A DNA stretch of 62,904 nt, the filler included, from Choristocarpus tenellus KU-1152 (lineage: Eukaryota; Protista; Phaeophyceae): the NCBI GenBank assembly GCA_964200185.2. It is 11 parts of 11 records of this genome, joined end to end, with 100 filler letters (N's around TTAATTAATTAA, not from the genome) between each part and the next. Parts side by side here need not be neighbours in the genome. Positions count along the whole stretch, not along the records: positions 1 to 9,142 come from CAXNAD020003945.1; positions 9,243 to 14,502 come from CAXNAD020011332.1; 9 more parts are not named here. One strand, given 5' to 3'. Below the pieces are notes generated by a model. That model was not told where the DNA came from. It saw nothing but the letters and a program-made list of their open reading frames with translations, and ran no database searches. The translations under genes were made by a program, and so were the position numbers. Every line of letters begins with the position of its first letter. Position 1 is the stretch's first letter. Positions 1-13,939 of this stretch are shown here, piece by piece.

Positions 1-349
1 CTGTACCATATTAGACTATACTATACCATATTAGACTATACTATACTATATTAGACTATACTATACTATACTATACTATACTATACCATATTAGACTATA
101 CTATACTATAATATACTATATTAGACTAGACTATACTATACTATACTATATTAGACTATACTATACTATACTATACTATACTATACTATACTATATTAGA
201 CTATACTATACTATACTATACTATACTATATTAGACTATACTATACTATACTATACTATACTATACTATACTATACTATACTATATTAGACTATACTATA
301 CTATACTATACTATACCATATTAGACTATACTATACTATACTATACTAT
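1..349. repeat. (CTATA)n pentanucleotide microsatellite with ATTAGA/CCATA variants, intronic
   Basis: Continuous ctata-type repeats directly visible from position 1 to about 349. Confidence 0.95.
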
Positions 350-494
350 AATCACAAATGAAACAATTAACACCGCTATTAACTTTTTTTAACTATTACA
401 CCACAATTACAAAAAAAGTTAAAAAAACAACAACACAAAAGAATGAAAAAGAGGAGACAGTTCAATACAATGCAATAGAGTGGACATGACTCAC

Positions 495-3400
495 CTTACA
501 GATAGCATTCTTGAACAGCTCATAACCCAGGAACCTTATAGCACTCTCTGGCATGATCTTGATGACATTAGCACCATTACCATTCCAAAATGCCCGCATT
601 CCTTCCCTCTTGTATATCCGAGTCATTCCCTCCACAATTGTTCCCTGTGTCTTACCAGACTGTTGTGTGCGTATCACATCACATCACATCACATCACATC
701 ACATCGCATTACAGTAATTTGATTTTTTAAATTATTATTATTTGCCCACCGCAGAAGACAGCAGCAAGCAGTCATCCAATCAGAATGCAGCATTAGCCAC
801 ATGAAAAGAAAGGAAAATTAATATTGAAAAGAAAAAAATTAATAATCCATGAATGACAAGGGGGGGAATGTGATTGATTATAATAATAAAAAGTAATCAA
901 AATAATAACTTATGGTGAGATAGATAGATAAGACGCTATCCAACTTCATGCATGTGTTGGTTTATATTCTCACTGGTTTAGGATTAGGGTTAGGGTTAGG
1001 GTTTTTCACCGGCATCACACCCCAAACACTAGCAAATTAGGGTTAGGGTTAGGGTTTTTACCGGCATCACACCCCAAACACTAGCAAATTAGGGTTAGGG
1101 TTAGGGTTTTTACCGGCATCACACCCCAAACACTAGCAAATTAGGGTTAGGGTTAGGGTTTTTTACCGGCATCACACCCCAAACACATGTATGCCGGTAA
1201 ACAAATTAATACATGTACTGTGATTATTAATTTAAACTATCAAGTACCAATCATAATTATCTACAATTCCCCAAGTAAACAAGGAAGGTATGCATGTAAC
1301 ATAGAAAAGTATGCTGCACCATATAATTTTAGTTTTATTATTTATTAGAACTATTATACTACAATTGCACAAATAACGCCTGATCAAGAGATAGACAATG
1401 GGAAGATGTAAGGTGATGTGAATCAAAACCAATGTATAATAAATAAACAAATCACCTACCACTATGAAACCAAAAAGTTGATGAGATTAATATATTCCAA
1501 AAAAAGTACTAACTAGAAGAATAATGTTTGTCACCACCCAAAGTTATCCATCCTTACCACTAAACCTCCCCTCCCCCTCCCTCACTAAAAGCACCATACA
1601 AGATGAACATAGTGATACTATACACCAATGTCAAATCAGCAATCATCATCATGATGTACTACTACTACTACTAATAATAATACTGTATGCTTTACCTTCA
1701 ATATGACTTCAGGAACAGAAATTCCACCAGTAGTTTAACCCAAACAGAACAATTATGTACACCCCATTCACAAAACAACACATACTAGTTGTACAGAACG
1801 ATGGTATGGGCTATATGTTAATTAATACTTAATACTTAACTAATACTTACACACAATTCCAAAAAAGATCTCAGATCATCAATTCTATTTTATTATTATT
1901 ATTATTATTATAACAACATTAATAGTGTACACTGACGGAGAGTACCTTGTCTCAAGAGATCATTTTTATTATTATTATTATTGTTATTATTGTAACATTA
2001 ATAGTGTACACTGACGGAGAGTACCTTGTCTCAAGAGATCATTTTTCACTCCATCATTGTCACCACTATCATTAATACGACAAATACATATTGATACAAC
2101 TAATAGTACAGGTATATATATTGAATTAATTCATTTGGATAATAATAACTATCATTAATACAACAATATAAAAAAAGAAATATCTACTGTCCTCTACTGT
2201 ACTTCTATATTTGTACCTCTATCCTGTAAGAAACTAATCCTAACCCTAACTCTAACCCTAAAAAAATATCCACACTGTAAGAAAGATGGAACATATATAC
2301 CATGCTACATGAATCATGAATACTTCCAATATGAGAAGGGGTTTGCATATTACAGATACCATTACCACTACTGTACCCTTTCATGTCAAGTCTGTCTGTA
2401 GAATGTATTTCAACATCATCATCCACTAACAAACACACCCCAAATCACATTATGACAGAGTTACCCCTCAAGAGGCGATTTGACACCTTCAGTAACCAAT
2501 GAAAATTGAGAACCACTACTACTACAGTACTTGAGAAAACTATGATAATGAGATTACCTGAAGGGAGGTAAGGGTACAAGCTGTTTTAAAGAGCTCACTA
2601 AGAAAGTGGATAAACTTTTTTTCACCAAAATAAATTCAGAACACAAATGTTACGCACGTCTCCATGCACTTCATGTCATCTTTGGTCTCTCTAGTGTGTC
2701 TCATTGGTACCTGTAGGAGTATCTTTAGCCTATCAAATGGTGCTGTGGATGTCCTGCTCACAGCCCCCGCAATACCACCTGCAACAAAGGTCACAGTCGC
2801 CTTTAAAGTGACAGGACATTTTGAGGTATATTAGGTATATTAGTTACATTAGGTATATTAGGTGTAATAGGTACATTAGGTATATTAGGGTTAGGGTTAG
2901 GTACTTCACGTAAAGAGTGTTTTGTTGATAAATAGCTTTATTCAATTCATATTATTCAATTAATGCCATGAAATATCAAAATGAGGGAAGAAAGTAGATA
3001 CCAACCAAAACAATTGACAGTTACTTTTCATTTTTTTTAAATTATATGAAACCACCATAAATGTTTTCGACACCTTCCACATTACAAGACATAAATACAT
3101 CCTCCCTCTGTCCCATAAGTCTGTTCCTTCATGTATGTACCTTCTTTATGCATGTACCTCTTTGGGATGACCTCCGATTTCAAAATTGATTTCTTCCATT
3201 GGATTCCATGAAAAAAATTCAAAAGATGAGTTAAATTTAGAAAAATGTATCCTGAAATTATTCTGAAAATATGGAACAGAGGTTAGGCGGTCATAGGCCT
3301 ACATGAAGGCACGGAATTGTTGTATTGACACCATTCAATATTAATTATTAATTAACTACTATTAATTGACTACTATTAATTGACAACTATTAATTAACTA

Positions 3401-6400
3401 CTATTAATTGACTACTATTAATTAACTACTATTAATTGACTACTATTAATTAACTACTATTAATTGACTACTATTAATTAACTACTATTAATTAACTACT
3501 ATTAATTGACTACTATTAATTGACTGAAAACGAGAAAAGTATTTTATTTTTTAAAAAACATTTCATGGAATCTAATGCAAAAATCCGTTTTTGAAATCAG
3601 AGGTCATCCCAAAGAGGTACATGCATAAAGAAGGTACATACATAAAGGAGCTACATACATAAAAGGAACAGGCTTATGGGATAGAAGGAGTATATACATA
3701 CATAAATACATATGGAACCAACACCTTCAAACATGAAAAAGACTTGACAAGACACTATTGAACAAAAAATGTCAAAACACTATTGAAACACCTCACACTC
3801 ACACCTTTACTTACACCTTTACTTACACCTTTGCACATTTATATTAATATTAATATTTATATTAACATTTATTTTCACAACAAAAGGTTAAATACAAGCA
3901 AGAGCTGTCGTGAAATATACAAACCCTAACCCTAAAACAATAAAGTATAAAAATGTTCTGAACAGAATAAATTCCAAGTGCAATAAAATTGACAAATACT
4001 TTTATTATTTGTTGACAGATCCAAAGTCATTGGCAGTGAAGTGTGCATTGAGAGATGTGAATTATAATAGTGATGTAGGTATTAATAGTGATGTACTTCT
4101 CAATTATTATATTCTTGTTTCCATTACTGAGCTCTTCACACACTCATCACTCTTTTACTGTGATTCTTAAAATCAACTATCAATTGAATAAGCAAACTTT
4201 TTCAAGTTATTCAGTTTTTATTTCAGTTATTAAAAGTGACCAAACTGAAACTAATTGAACTGTTGTGACTCACAACACCAATAAAAAATACTATATAAGG
4301 AAATCAGAAAAATGTAAAAAACAACTCAAGGAAAACATTAAAAAAAGCCATCTTTCTTTTGCAGAGAGACCACCTCCCTCAGAATGAAGGTAGATCAAGA
4401 GCCAAGTGTCAAATACACTTCTTTTTTTAAAGTCAGAACCATTGCACTAGACATGAAACAGGAAAAAGTGTCATTAAAAAATATAAAATACTCAGACCAG
4501 CAGGAAATAGACAGTACATTTTTATTTTTTTGATCCAATTAAACTGAAACATACAGTAGACAACTATGACAAAGCATGCCATTCACACCTACAAACCTGA
4601 TCCACCACTCTAACCCTAACCATCAACATTACCCCAAGATCATCTTCACCTCCCACCAACCCCAAGATCTATCTATTACCAGTAAATGAGTCGATGAACT
4701 CACCTGTGCCCCACTGTCAAAGTTGTCAGGTGCATTCATGGACTCTCCAATATCAATAGCTGAGGCGTGTGCCCAGTAGTCAAAAACTTCTCTCACACTG
4801 ACAGTTTGTGTACAGATTGTATTATCAAAATTGCTATTATTATCATTATATAGTTGAAAATGTATTGTAAAAAATAATAATAATAATAGTAACAACCACG
4901 ACTTTGTTATCTTTGTTGCATATATGAGCAATCTTAATATTCATAATGATAAATAATGATAAAGTTGAATATGGTACAGTTATCATTGTTAATATTAACA
5001 TTGCGAGGGGAGGGGAAACGGGGGGGGTGAAAAAACTATTGATATTAATAATAATATAATAATGATATTAATACAGGCATGAACTCAGAGTGCACTATGA
5101 TTATATTCAAGAAACGCATACATAAGCTAATCAATCCTAGCCTCAACTTCAACTTCAACCCCCCCAATAATAATAATAATAAACTCCTTTCACACTCCTA
5201 GGCAAATATCAATAACCCTAACCCTAACATATCAATACAATACAATACAACAGTACAATAAAGCTTCCATAGACAATCAGTTCAGAAATTGCTTATATAT
5301 TGTTCCATGTTAACATATTGATACCAATTCATGTTCCAAGGTGAGAAAACTGGAGGGTGGGGGAAATGTCAATTTTTCCAGATCGCTAGGTGGTTGATTG
5401 GAATTTGATATAACTATAATAATAAATATGGTATTCTTTCAATAGTTATTTGGTTGGCATTATTGTTGCAGATACCTTCATGTTCTTATGACAGTATCAT
5501 ACACTAATGCTAATATAGTCATGAAATAGATCAATTTAATCTACCATACTGACAATACAAACTATTCAAAAAATATATATATTCAATACATAATCCAAGT
5601 GATAATATTCAATACATAGTTCAAGTAATAATACTCAATACAAATTCAAGCAATAAATTGGAGATGGGATTAAGGATCAAGGGTAGTCTAAAATCTTGTG
5701 AAATTGACAACAGTCATTCCCTATCTTAATAGGGTGCAAAGTTCTTCCAAACTAATCAATCAATCAATCAAACCAATCAAATCCATCAAAACAATCAATC
5801 AATCAATCAACAGTTTGCCAAGAAAGAAAAAAAAAGCTTCTCTCCTACTCCACAGTTGAAACATGTACAGTCAACTCAGTATACCCTTCAATAAAAACAA
5901 TACAACGGTAGTTTCTTATAATCATATATTATACATCATATATCATACATCATAGATCATAATCATACATCATACAAAAACCCTTCAATAAAAAATTACA
6001 CCATTAATTACATCATTAATTACAGTAATAATTACATCATCACTAATTGCTGAAAACATTTGACTTTTTATTGTTCCTTCAAATGAATGACGCATTAATG
6101 CCCATAAACCAAAACAACTTTCAAATTAATGATTTGACTTCAAAATTAAAAAATTTAAAAGAGTCATTCCAAAAAATAAAAATCCCAACAAGCAACCATG
6201 GTCATAATAATTAAAATAAATATATCACCAAATTAGACAGTCCTACAACATACAAGAAAAAAAAACCCCGACCAAACCACAATTAAAGAACTATATGATT
6301 ACTTTTAACAAGTATATGATTACTTTTAACAAGTACATGATTACTTTTAAGATAAATCTGAAGTAATAATAAAATAATAAACCACCTTCACACACACACA

Positions 6401-9050
6401 AAAAACAAGGTAGGAGATCAGGGTATACAGGTTAGGTTAGAGTATGTGGTTGGTGTATCAAGGATATGAAGGATATGTCACCTCTCAGGTGTGCAGAGTA
6501 GCAAGAACTGTTGGAACTCCTTAAGACTGATCCTTCCGTCAAGATCCAGATCAGCTCTCTTGAAAAGTTTTCTGTACATTTAGTTTATAATTTTTTTCAA
6601 GCAACATTATTACTTGCATGAGCGGATTAATTTTAATTTTTTTAATATTTAACCAATTTCAACCTTGTAGATGACAACATTTACACCAAGCACACACTCC
6701 CTTCAAGAGTCTCTTGCTGACAATAGTATTGTCTTCAAATAGTATATGCTACATATATAATAAACAAAATATGCACCTTTTCCATGTCAGTTACTATCAA
6801 ATACCACCACCGTACTACATGCACATAAAGACATAAAGTATGTGTATATAATACACATAAAGACATAAAGACATAAAGCATGTGTATATAATACACATAA
6901 AGACATAAAGACATAAAGCATGTGTATATAATACACATAAAGACATAAAGACATAAAGCATGTGTATATAATACACATAAAGACATAAAGACATAAAGCA
7001 TGTGTATATAATACACATAAAGACATAAAGACATAAAGCATGTGTATATAATACACACACATACATAGCAGACAATATCATAAAACACACTAATAATTGA
7101 TGTGGAACACCCACATGTACACACCAGCAACAGAATTCCTACAAGAACTTCCATAATAAAAACATGTGAAATTTTTGCCATCGCCAAACAAAAGTTACTA
7201 GTAAATATAATAATATAATAATATAATAACATAAATAAATAACACCATTCAGCAAGTGGCATACTATTAAGAGTATTAAAATTAATATTGCACTAATAGC
7301 AGTATTCAAATCAATATTACATAGTTCATAACAAAAACCTGTCAAGTGTGGTTTCAAATCCCTTATTGAATCAAACCAACAATCAACACCAAGCAATCTG
7401 CGAGGTGTACAGTCATAAACCAACAATCTCAATTGATTCCTCATACACATTGAGAGATTGAGAGATATTACCTTCCCTATATCTATCATGTCTCTGACAA
7501 TCTCCTTGCCAACCACAGTCCTGCCTTACTTAGACAACGGTGACAATGGTGACATCAATGTCATTAAATGTCATAAAATATCATAAAACAATTGCATTTC
7601 TTCGTATGTGTATATATATATGTATGACTACACCTCAGAATGTAGAACAAAATTATTTTTAAAATATTTAACATCATTGCCCCATGTTTGATTATTGCTA
7701 TTATTACTACTACTACTAAAAATAATATATACAGTGTACATACAGAGTCACCTCAGCTGGAAGTATAAATAAAAATGAACATGGCAAGAACATAAGATAT
7801 ATTTGATGTAAGGTATATTTAATTAACAAAACTAATGATAACCAAACCAATCAGGAAACTAAAAAAAATGAGTTGGGGGAAGGGATGATGCTTTTTTATT
7901 CAAATCACAAAAATAACATAAGTCATTCAAATTTGTATTCATGCCATCATACTCACTTATCTTACCTTCACTATCATAGTCCATCATCCATCAACCATTT
8001 AAAGCGTATACGTAATCCCTCCTGACTCTGTCTATTGACCTAACCCTAATTCCAATCAAAGTTATAAAAATAAGAAGATAATAATAATAATAATAATAGT
8101 AATAAACGATATCAATCAAAGATTATTAGTGAAGTAATTGATTTTTACTTTGGACACAAAAAATAAAAAATACACTCAAATTTATACATACATCAATACT
8201 ACCAGTACATAAAAATAACCTAGATTTAGGGTTAGGGTTAGGATTAGGGTTAGTTGTAGTACAGTATACATAGTATTAAAAAATTGATGATGGCATGACA
8301 GATTCTACCATATACCAGCAGTATACCCTCTATAGTCATACTGATCTGCCAGCACTTCAACATTTAGACATCAACCTCTGAAGCATCATCAAAATCAGCA
8401 GACTCTTCAATTCCATGCTGTATTTATCTCTATCCCTCAAAAGAAACAGAGGGATTAGGGTTAGGGTTGGATTAGGGTTAAGTCAAAGAAACAGAGGGAT
8501 TAGGGTTAAGTCAAAGCATTTCCACTAAGTCATCCATTAAATTCAGTTGCTATCACCTTTTTTGAAGCCCATAGTGTGAAAGTACAACATGAAACGTACT
8601 ATGATACCATGTTATGCAATGTACACATACCATGTGGTTATAATCAAAAGAGTGATACTATGTTCTCATTATCATACTAAAGACACATATTATCATACAT
8701 ACTACGTTATCATTATCATACTAAAGATACAAAAAAAACAGAACAAAACAAAGGGGTGGGAGGAGGGGGAGGATGAACAAATAGAATCCTGGTACACCCC
8801 CCTTGTGCACAGTTAGCAAGCAAAAGCCATGCTAACATCAGGAAACATCATAATATTATTATTGTAGTGGGGAGATCTGAAGCGGAATGAAGCAGAATAG
8901 GGATCAAAACAAAATAGAAACTAAACCCACGTTATATGAGCTTCAGAAGCTGATATGTTGAGTCTGTTGAGGGCTAGACGTATATCTGTCTCATGGATGA
9001 AACCGTCATCATTGTGATCTAATTGGTCAAACACCTCTGCCAAAGCCTGC
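495..9050 (-). CDS. Calcium-binding mitochondrial carrier (SLC25A23/24/25 / APC-type ATP-Mg/Pi carrier), partial. Exons 9050(or 9046)-8931, 6571-6482, 4797-4704, 2800-2711, 659-495
   Basis: Five AG/GT-bounded exons join in phase: [26 protein letters not shown] (EF-hand) / [24 protein letters not shown] (EF-hand) / [18 protein letters not shown] / [26 protein letters not shown] (carrier motif PxDxxK) / [33 protein letters not shown]. Truncated by the linker and the window edge. Confidence 0.93.
674..705. repeat. (CACAT)n microsatellite
   Basis: About 6 tandem cacat units next to the acceptor of exon 659-495. Confidence 0.9.
977..1187. repeat. ~51-bp tandem minisatellite (~4 units), each carrying (TTAGGG)3
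   Basis: Unit ttagggttagggttagggtttttaccggcatcacaccccaaacactagcaaa is repeated nearly identically. Confidence 0.9.
1888..2046. repeat. ~79-bp tandem duplication
   Basis: Two copies of (tta)n-aacattaatagtgtacactgacggagagtaccttgtctcaagagatcattttt. Confidence 0.85.
3102..3690. mobile_element. Stowaway/Tc1-mariner-like MITE with long (~110-130 bp) TIRs and an internal 12-bp minisatellite
   Basis: Left end ctccctctgtcccataag, right end cttatgggatagaaggag followed by TA. The inverted arms share catgtacctctttgggatgacctc / gaggtcatcccaaagaggtacatg. The CTCCCTC terminus plus TA matches the Stowaway pattern; the left TSD is mutated (TC). Confidence 0.75.
3345..3525. repeat. 12-bp minisatellite (attaattRacta-type) inside the MITE
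   Basis: About 15 tandem units of attaactactatta/attgactactatta. Confidence 0.9.
6482..6571 (-). CDS. EF-hand exon of the SLC25 carrier, absent from the ORF track
   Basis: tacag| ... |gtgac, 90 nt, encodes [29 protein letters not shown]; phase 2/2 fits both neighbouring exons. Confidence 0.9.
6823..7060. repeat. 40-bp minisatellite (~6 units)
   Basis: Unit agacataaagacataaagcatgtgtatataatacacataa; explains the repetitive ORFs at 6735-7262. Confidence 0.92.
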
Positions 9051-9142
9051 CTGCACAAGAGAGGGGGAGGGGGGAAGGGGGGGGGGGGGGGCAACGGAAG
9101 CAAAAATAATAATAACTGTTTAATGTACAATCAACAGTTGTT

Positions 9143-9242
9143 NNNNNNNNNNNNNNNNNNNNNNNNNNNNNNNNNNNNNNNNNNNNTTAATTAATTAANN
9201 NNNNNNNNNNNNNNNNNNNNNNNNNNNNNNNNNNNNNNNNNN
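9143..9242. other. Artificial contig linker N44-TTAATTAATTAA-N44 (also 14503-14602, 19497-19596, 24999-25098, 28657-28756, 45997-46096, 50104-50203, 53709-53808, 57298-57397, 60269-60368)
   Basis: Identical 100-bp spacer with a core giving stops in all six frames, present ten times. Confidence 0.98.
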
Positions 9243-11849
9243 GAGGGGGTGCAATGGTAAGACAGGCTATGGGGGATCTACCACCGTAGCACCAGCAAGT
9301 CAGCCAAGTCCAAGACAGCCCAACCCATGCTGGCCGCATGAAGTTTTTATTTTATGTTTTTAGTAGTGTGCAGCTGGGGCGTTTGACTTGTTGCTGGTGG
9401 CATGTATGTTCACACAGGCAGGTACTTAAGCAAGTCAATGCTGTGGCTTCGAGGGAAGTAGCAACAGCATTGGTGAGTAGCAAGTACAGCTGTGATGCTT
9501 TTTAAACAATCCCTTCGACCGTGGTCCTCTCTTTTGTGTGCTATAATGGTAGTGATCCACCATCATCCACCTGAAAATCGACCTGTTCGTGTGTTGCGTT
9601 CTTTGATCGAAATACTTAGCTAGCTAGGCAAGGGATTAGATGAGCAAAGGTTCAACATTTAAAAGAACTGCAGATCGGGAAGAAAATGTGTCATTGTAGT
9701 AAGGAGAAAGGGACGTACGTGTCTGTTTGTTTTACTTTGGCTCGGCATCAGTGTTTGGTTTTTGTTTGGTTGAGGATTACTCGCCATTGGATGAGGACAT
9801 TCATTTGTGCATCTTTTGTACTAGTAGCATTCAATGTGGGACAAATTATTATGATCTGTGACTGACAATTATTTGTGTATGATGGGACAAGGCAAGTTTA
9901 GCTTGGCATGGATGGGTAGTAGCTCTGGGAGGCTGTGATAGTGTGTTCTCATTGATTACCTCGTGTCTTCCCAAATCATTACTTGTGGTGGTGTAAATAG
10001 TAAAATATATTTCTCAATCGAATTGTCCTCCTGGCTGTGGACTGCCTGAGATTGCGGTTGAAGCCTCAGTCCGGCCCAAGTGAAGGAGCTACAAAGTACC
10101 TGTTTTTCGTACATCAAAACAAATAGCATTCTGGGTCAACAGACCCCTCAAAAGGTTGACAAAAAAATGTTGGATTAAGGATAGATGTTATAAGAGAGTT
10201 AGAAGGGAAGGGAGGATGTCAAATTATGGTTACAAATATCCACCACTTCATGTCTAGTGATTACCAATAATATCTTTTTATGGAAGAATAGAACCCTATG
10301 CTCTTAGGTTATAGTAATTACTCAACCCAATAAAATATTACCTGAATTCACCGTTTACCTACCTACCAACAACTACCACCACGAATAATGCAACTAGGAA
10401 GCCCTCTTAGGTACTCACCACTGTTGCCATTGAGAGATATTAATATATACGATGAAGAACAACGTAGTCTGCTACAGGAAGTGTGGCCATCTCACAATAT
10501 AAAAGGATTTCCCGGTCAAGGCTCAACTCTTATCGAACGCTCAACAAGAAGAGAAAAAGGAAACACTGAAGCTTTTATTTCCGTCTATCCATTCCACTTA
10601 CTTGGTATCTTGTAGTACATGTGACGTCTTACACATAATGTGTGAGATACGAACAGTGACTGGTTGAAACAAGGTCCTAGAAAGTAATTTTAGTTGAAGT
10701 TGTGTGGTGGTGGGATAAGGGAGTGTGTAGAAACTACATACTACAATTATTTTATTTTTGTTGTAGTTCCCTTGTTCTGATCCTTCTTCTGGCATTTATA
10801 TAAGCTCTGCTCTCGTCTCTGTGTTCTGAGTGGCCCTCACGCCAGGGCTACCACACAAGGCTTCATTAACCCCTGTGCCTAAATTGCAAGCCATTGACAT
10901 ACCCCTTGATGTGATGCGGATCAGGGGTCTCTCCTTGAAACAAAACTGACTGACTTACTGTCTGAATACAGGTTTGGTGCCGTTTTTCTACCCCTTACCT
11001 CCTATATGGTGTGATGGGATTATAGCTCCTTTTTGGGGGACAACGTGAGCAAACAGTTTCACGAATAAAATGCATGATGGATGGAGTAGAGTTAAGTTTA
11101 TGGGCTATAAAATGTAACCTGAATGGGTGAAAGGAGTGATAACACTATAATTTACACATTATATATATCGGGAATACAATACTACTACCATATCAATAGT
11201 ATGTCGTCTGTACAACATGCATCTGTCATGGTATAAAATCATTTGTATGTGTTAGACATATTCGAAATAGTCCAATTGGAATATTGTATGTAGCGTCACA
11301 CAACAGATAAGAGATGAATGGAACAGTGACTAGCAAGTTGGAATGAATTACGGTTATTGTGCTATCTATTTCCCAAAAGAAGTACAGGTTAAGAAACCTA
11401 AAAAGCGATTTGAAGCATATGTCATTGTCACTGTCACTACGATTGAGTATGTAAATGTTGACAATATGTAACGACAGAAAAAAGGAGGCAGATGGCTCAT
11501 GATGGCGAAGGTAATTATGTACTGTAGAGGGGCCTAACATTGGACATTGTAATAGTCCTAGTTATTTTTGTGTTGTTATCATTCACAACACCTATTTCAA
11601 GAGGGATAAGCATAATGAACAAGAAACAAGAGATACATGGATGGATGATAAGAATAACAGTAGTGTGGATACAGGGCGGTGGTGCCTATGTCTTTCATTC
11701 TCCCGTCAGGGTCAACTCTCGTTCTTGTAGAACCAACATTATTTAATCTATAGAACCAACAACAACGCGAAAATAAATACAGAGAGTACCACCAAAAACA
11801 AACAGTAATCTATAGTAGATAGAGGAATGATAACAATACATAGGTATCC

Positions 11850-12300
11850 CCCCTTCATAACCATAGGAGTTCTTCCAGGCACTGCCTTCTAGGGTATGCT
11901 GTATGTTCAATGGACCAGGGGTGGACTGCTGCAGGCTCCTAGTGAGCGAGCTCACTCGAGTTGTCCATGTTGAACCTTGACACCCTTGGATGATACAAAG
12001 CGTGAATGAGGCGGGTAACGTGTAATCACCATAATAAAGTCTTAACAAGGCGCCTATAAAGTGCCGCCCAACCATCCATGTCTCGTATCTTCCATCGGTG
12101 TTACTGAACCAAATATGAGAAGAGGTCCGCAGTATCAATCAGGATGTTAATATAATCTACGGTTCAGTAATAACGTACCCACTCTCTTGGTCACCCTATG
12201 CAGGTGCGTCACAGATCTATGAGGTACGACAGGCCCGTAGAGATCCCAATCAACACAACGCGCTGTTCCTAATCAGGTCTCTCCGACAGCATCTTTCATC
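11850..12300 (-). mobile_element. Possible highly degenerate copia-type RT remnant
   Basis: Broken fragments resembling LYG..., YxxILI and SRFNMDNS in copia RT order; many frameshifts. Confidence 0.25.
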
Positions 12301-13939
12301 TGTTGCTGTCGTTGTAATAATCATGGTGGAACAGACAGGCAGCAGGTAGTGAAGGTTGGAGGAGAAAACCAAGAAGGCAGTCAAGCGAGGTCAAAACAAG
12401 TTAATTGCTATGAGACGTATATTTATGTTGCTGATGACAATGTGTGTTGCGACTTCCACTGGTCAATTTACGATGTCAAATTCGGATATACCACTCTATG
12501 TACTACTGGGCCTCTCAGTTGTGCGACTTGCTATGTACGTATTAATAGTACAATAATAGTCACAATAAAAACACTTTCTTCTAAAAGTCTTCACTATTCT
12601 CCACACACACACCGAATACTAGTGCCAATAACAATATTGTTAGTGGTATGTGTAACGAGTCGAGTTTACAGCCTCTAACACTGCTGTCCTCTCTCTAGGT
12701 AAGGGTGTCTCCTCCATACGTCTATTAAGTGTGACATGATAGTTATTTATGACTATGTACGATCTTGTGTCAGCAACCCTTTCGCCATCATTTAGCTCAC
12801 CCCTCACTTACTTCCTCTTCCTTGTTATTGTCGTATCATGTTATCATCGTCACTATGTTGTTTCCTTTTCATTATTAGATCGACTGGAGAGGACAGCTAG
12901 AGCCAAGAACAAACCTAGGTAAACCAGCATACAGCATCAACAAACTTGGCCTCTTATGTTGGTGCAAGCCCTTATATAGCTTCCATAGCACCAAGGTTAC
13001 CTAGCAAAAAGTGAAGGAGGTGAACCCTGCGCACAAGTACTACTGTAGAATGTCATATCTTGCAGAAATAGAACTGCTAAAAAAAATGTTGTACCCGGAA
13101 AGGTTGTTGGGAGTGTGCAAAATAGGACAATAGTGAAGTGTACTTTATTTTGTTTATATGATATTGTTAGTGTGTTGTATTGAGTCCATGTGATGTAACT
13201 GAGATAGTACATCCGGATTATGTATGGGATTATGTGTTGGTATTTATTCTGCATTCAACAACTTTGACATAACCGTTGACTTAGATAGGAAGCACAAATA
13301 AATAATAAACAAGCAATGAGAAGACACCCCACAAAGGTCACAAGTACAAGACACAAGAATAATCTTTCAACAAATACAGACAATGTCTAGCAACAACATA
13401 AGAATCTACAAGCCATAGCAAGACTGTTCACACTGGTTAGAGTGTGAACAGGCAGACATGCTGTTCGCCTGCAACATGCCCCCCAGCGTGAACTAGGAAT
13501 ACATGTTTCACGCTTACCACAGGCGATTGTGACGGATCAAGACAATAAATATCATCCAGACGCAACTGTGTTTCCACTTCTCTGTGCCGACGCACCGTAA
13601 TCAGGCTTTCCCCCCGAAATGGCCTTAGTGAGAAAAATATGGGTGGAGAAGAATCTCTGATTCGACAATGACGTCTAGGTGATCGGGAGTGGTCTCCGTG
13701 TTCTTTTCTGGTCTTCCTTGTATCTTGTTGAGGGTGCCTGTGCCGGGATCTCGACCTGGAGTGGGATTTGCCACGAGTGGAAGACCTAAAACGAACGCGT
13801 TCTCTGCCCCTGCCTCAGCGTTCGGTGGAGTAGACACGATTGTTGTGATCATTTTTTTGAGGTGTGGTACTGGTCTGGGATATCTCCGAATTATTTATTC
13901 CCAGCGGAACCTGTGAAATAAAAGAACAGTGTGACACAC

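Noticed and set aside
977-1187. CRISPR-like array or true telomere
   Set aside because: The intervening segments are identical rather than unique spacers, there are no cas genes, and the TTAGGG tracts are short and intronic.
6735-7262. Cys/Tyr-rich repetitive ORFs
   Set aside because: They are translations of a 40-bp intronic minisatellite that is open in all three minus-strand frames.
9143-9242. Recurring TTAATTAATTAA palindrome as a biological repeat
   Set aside because: It is always centred in 88 Ns, so it is an assembly concatenation linker.
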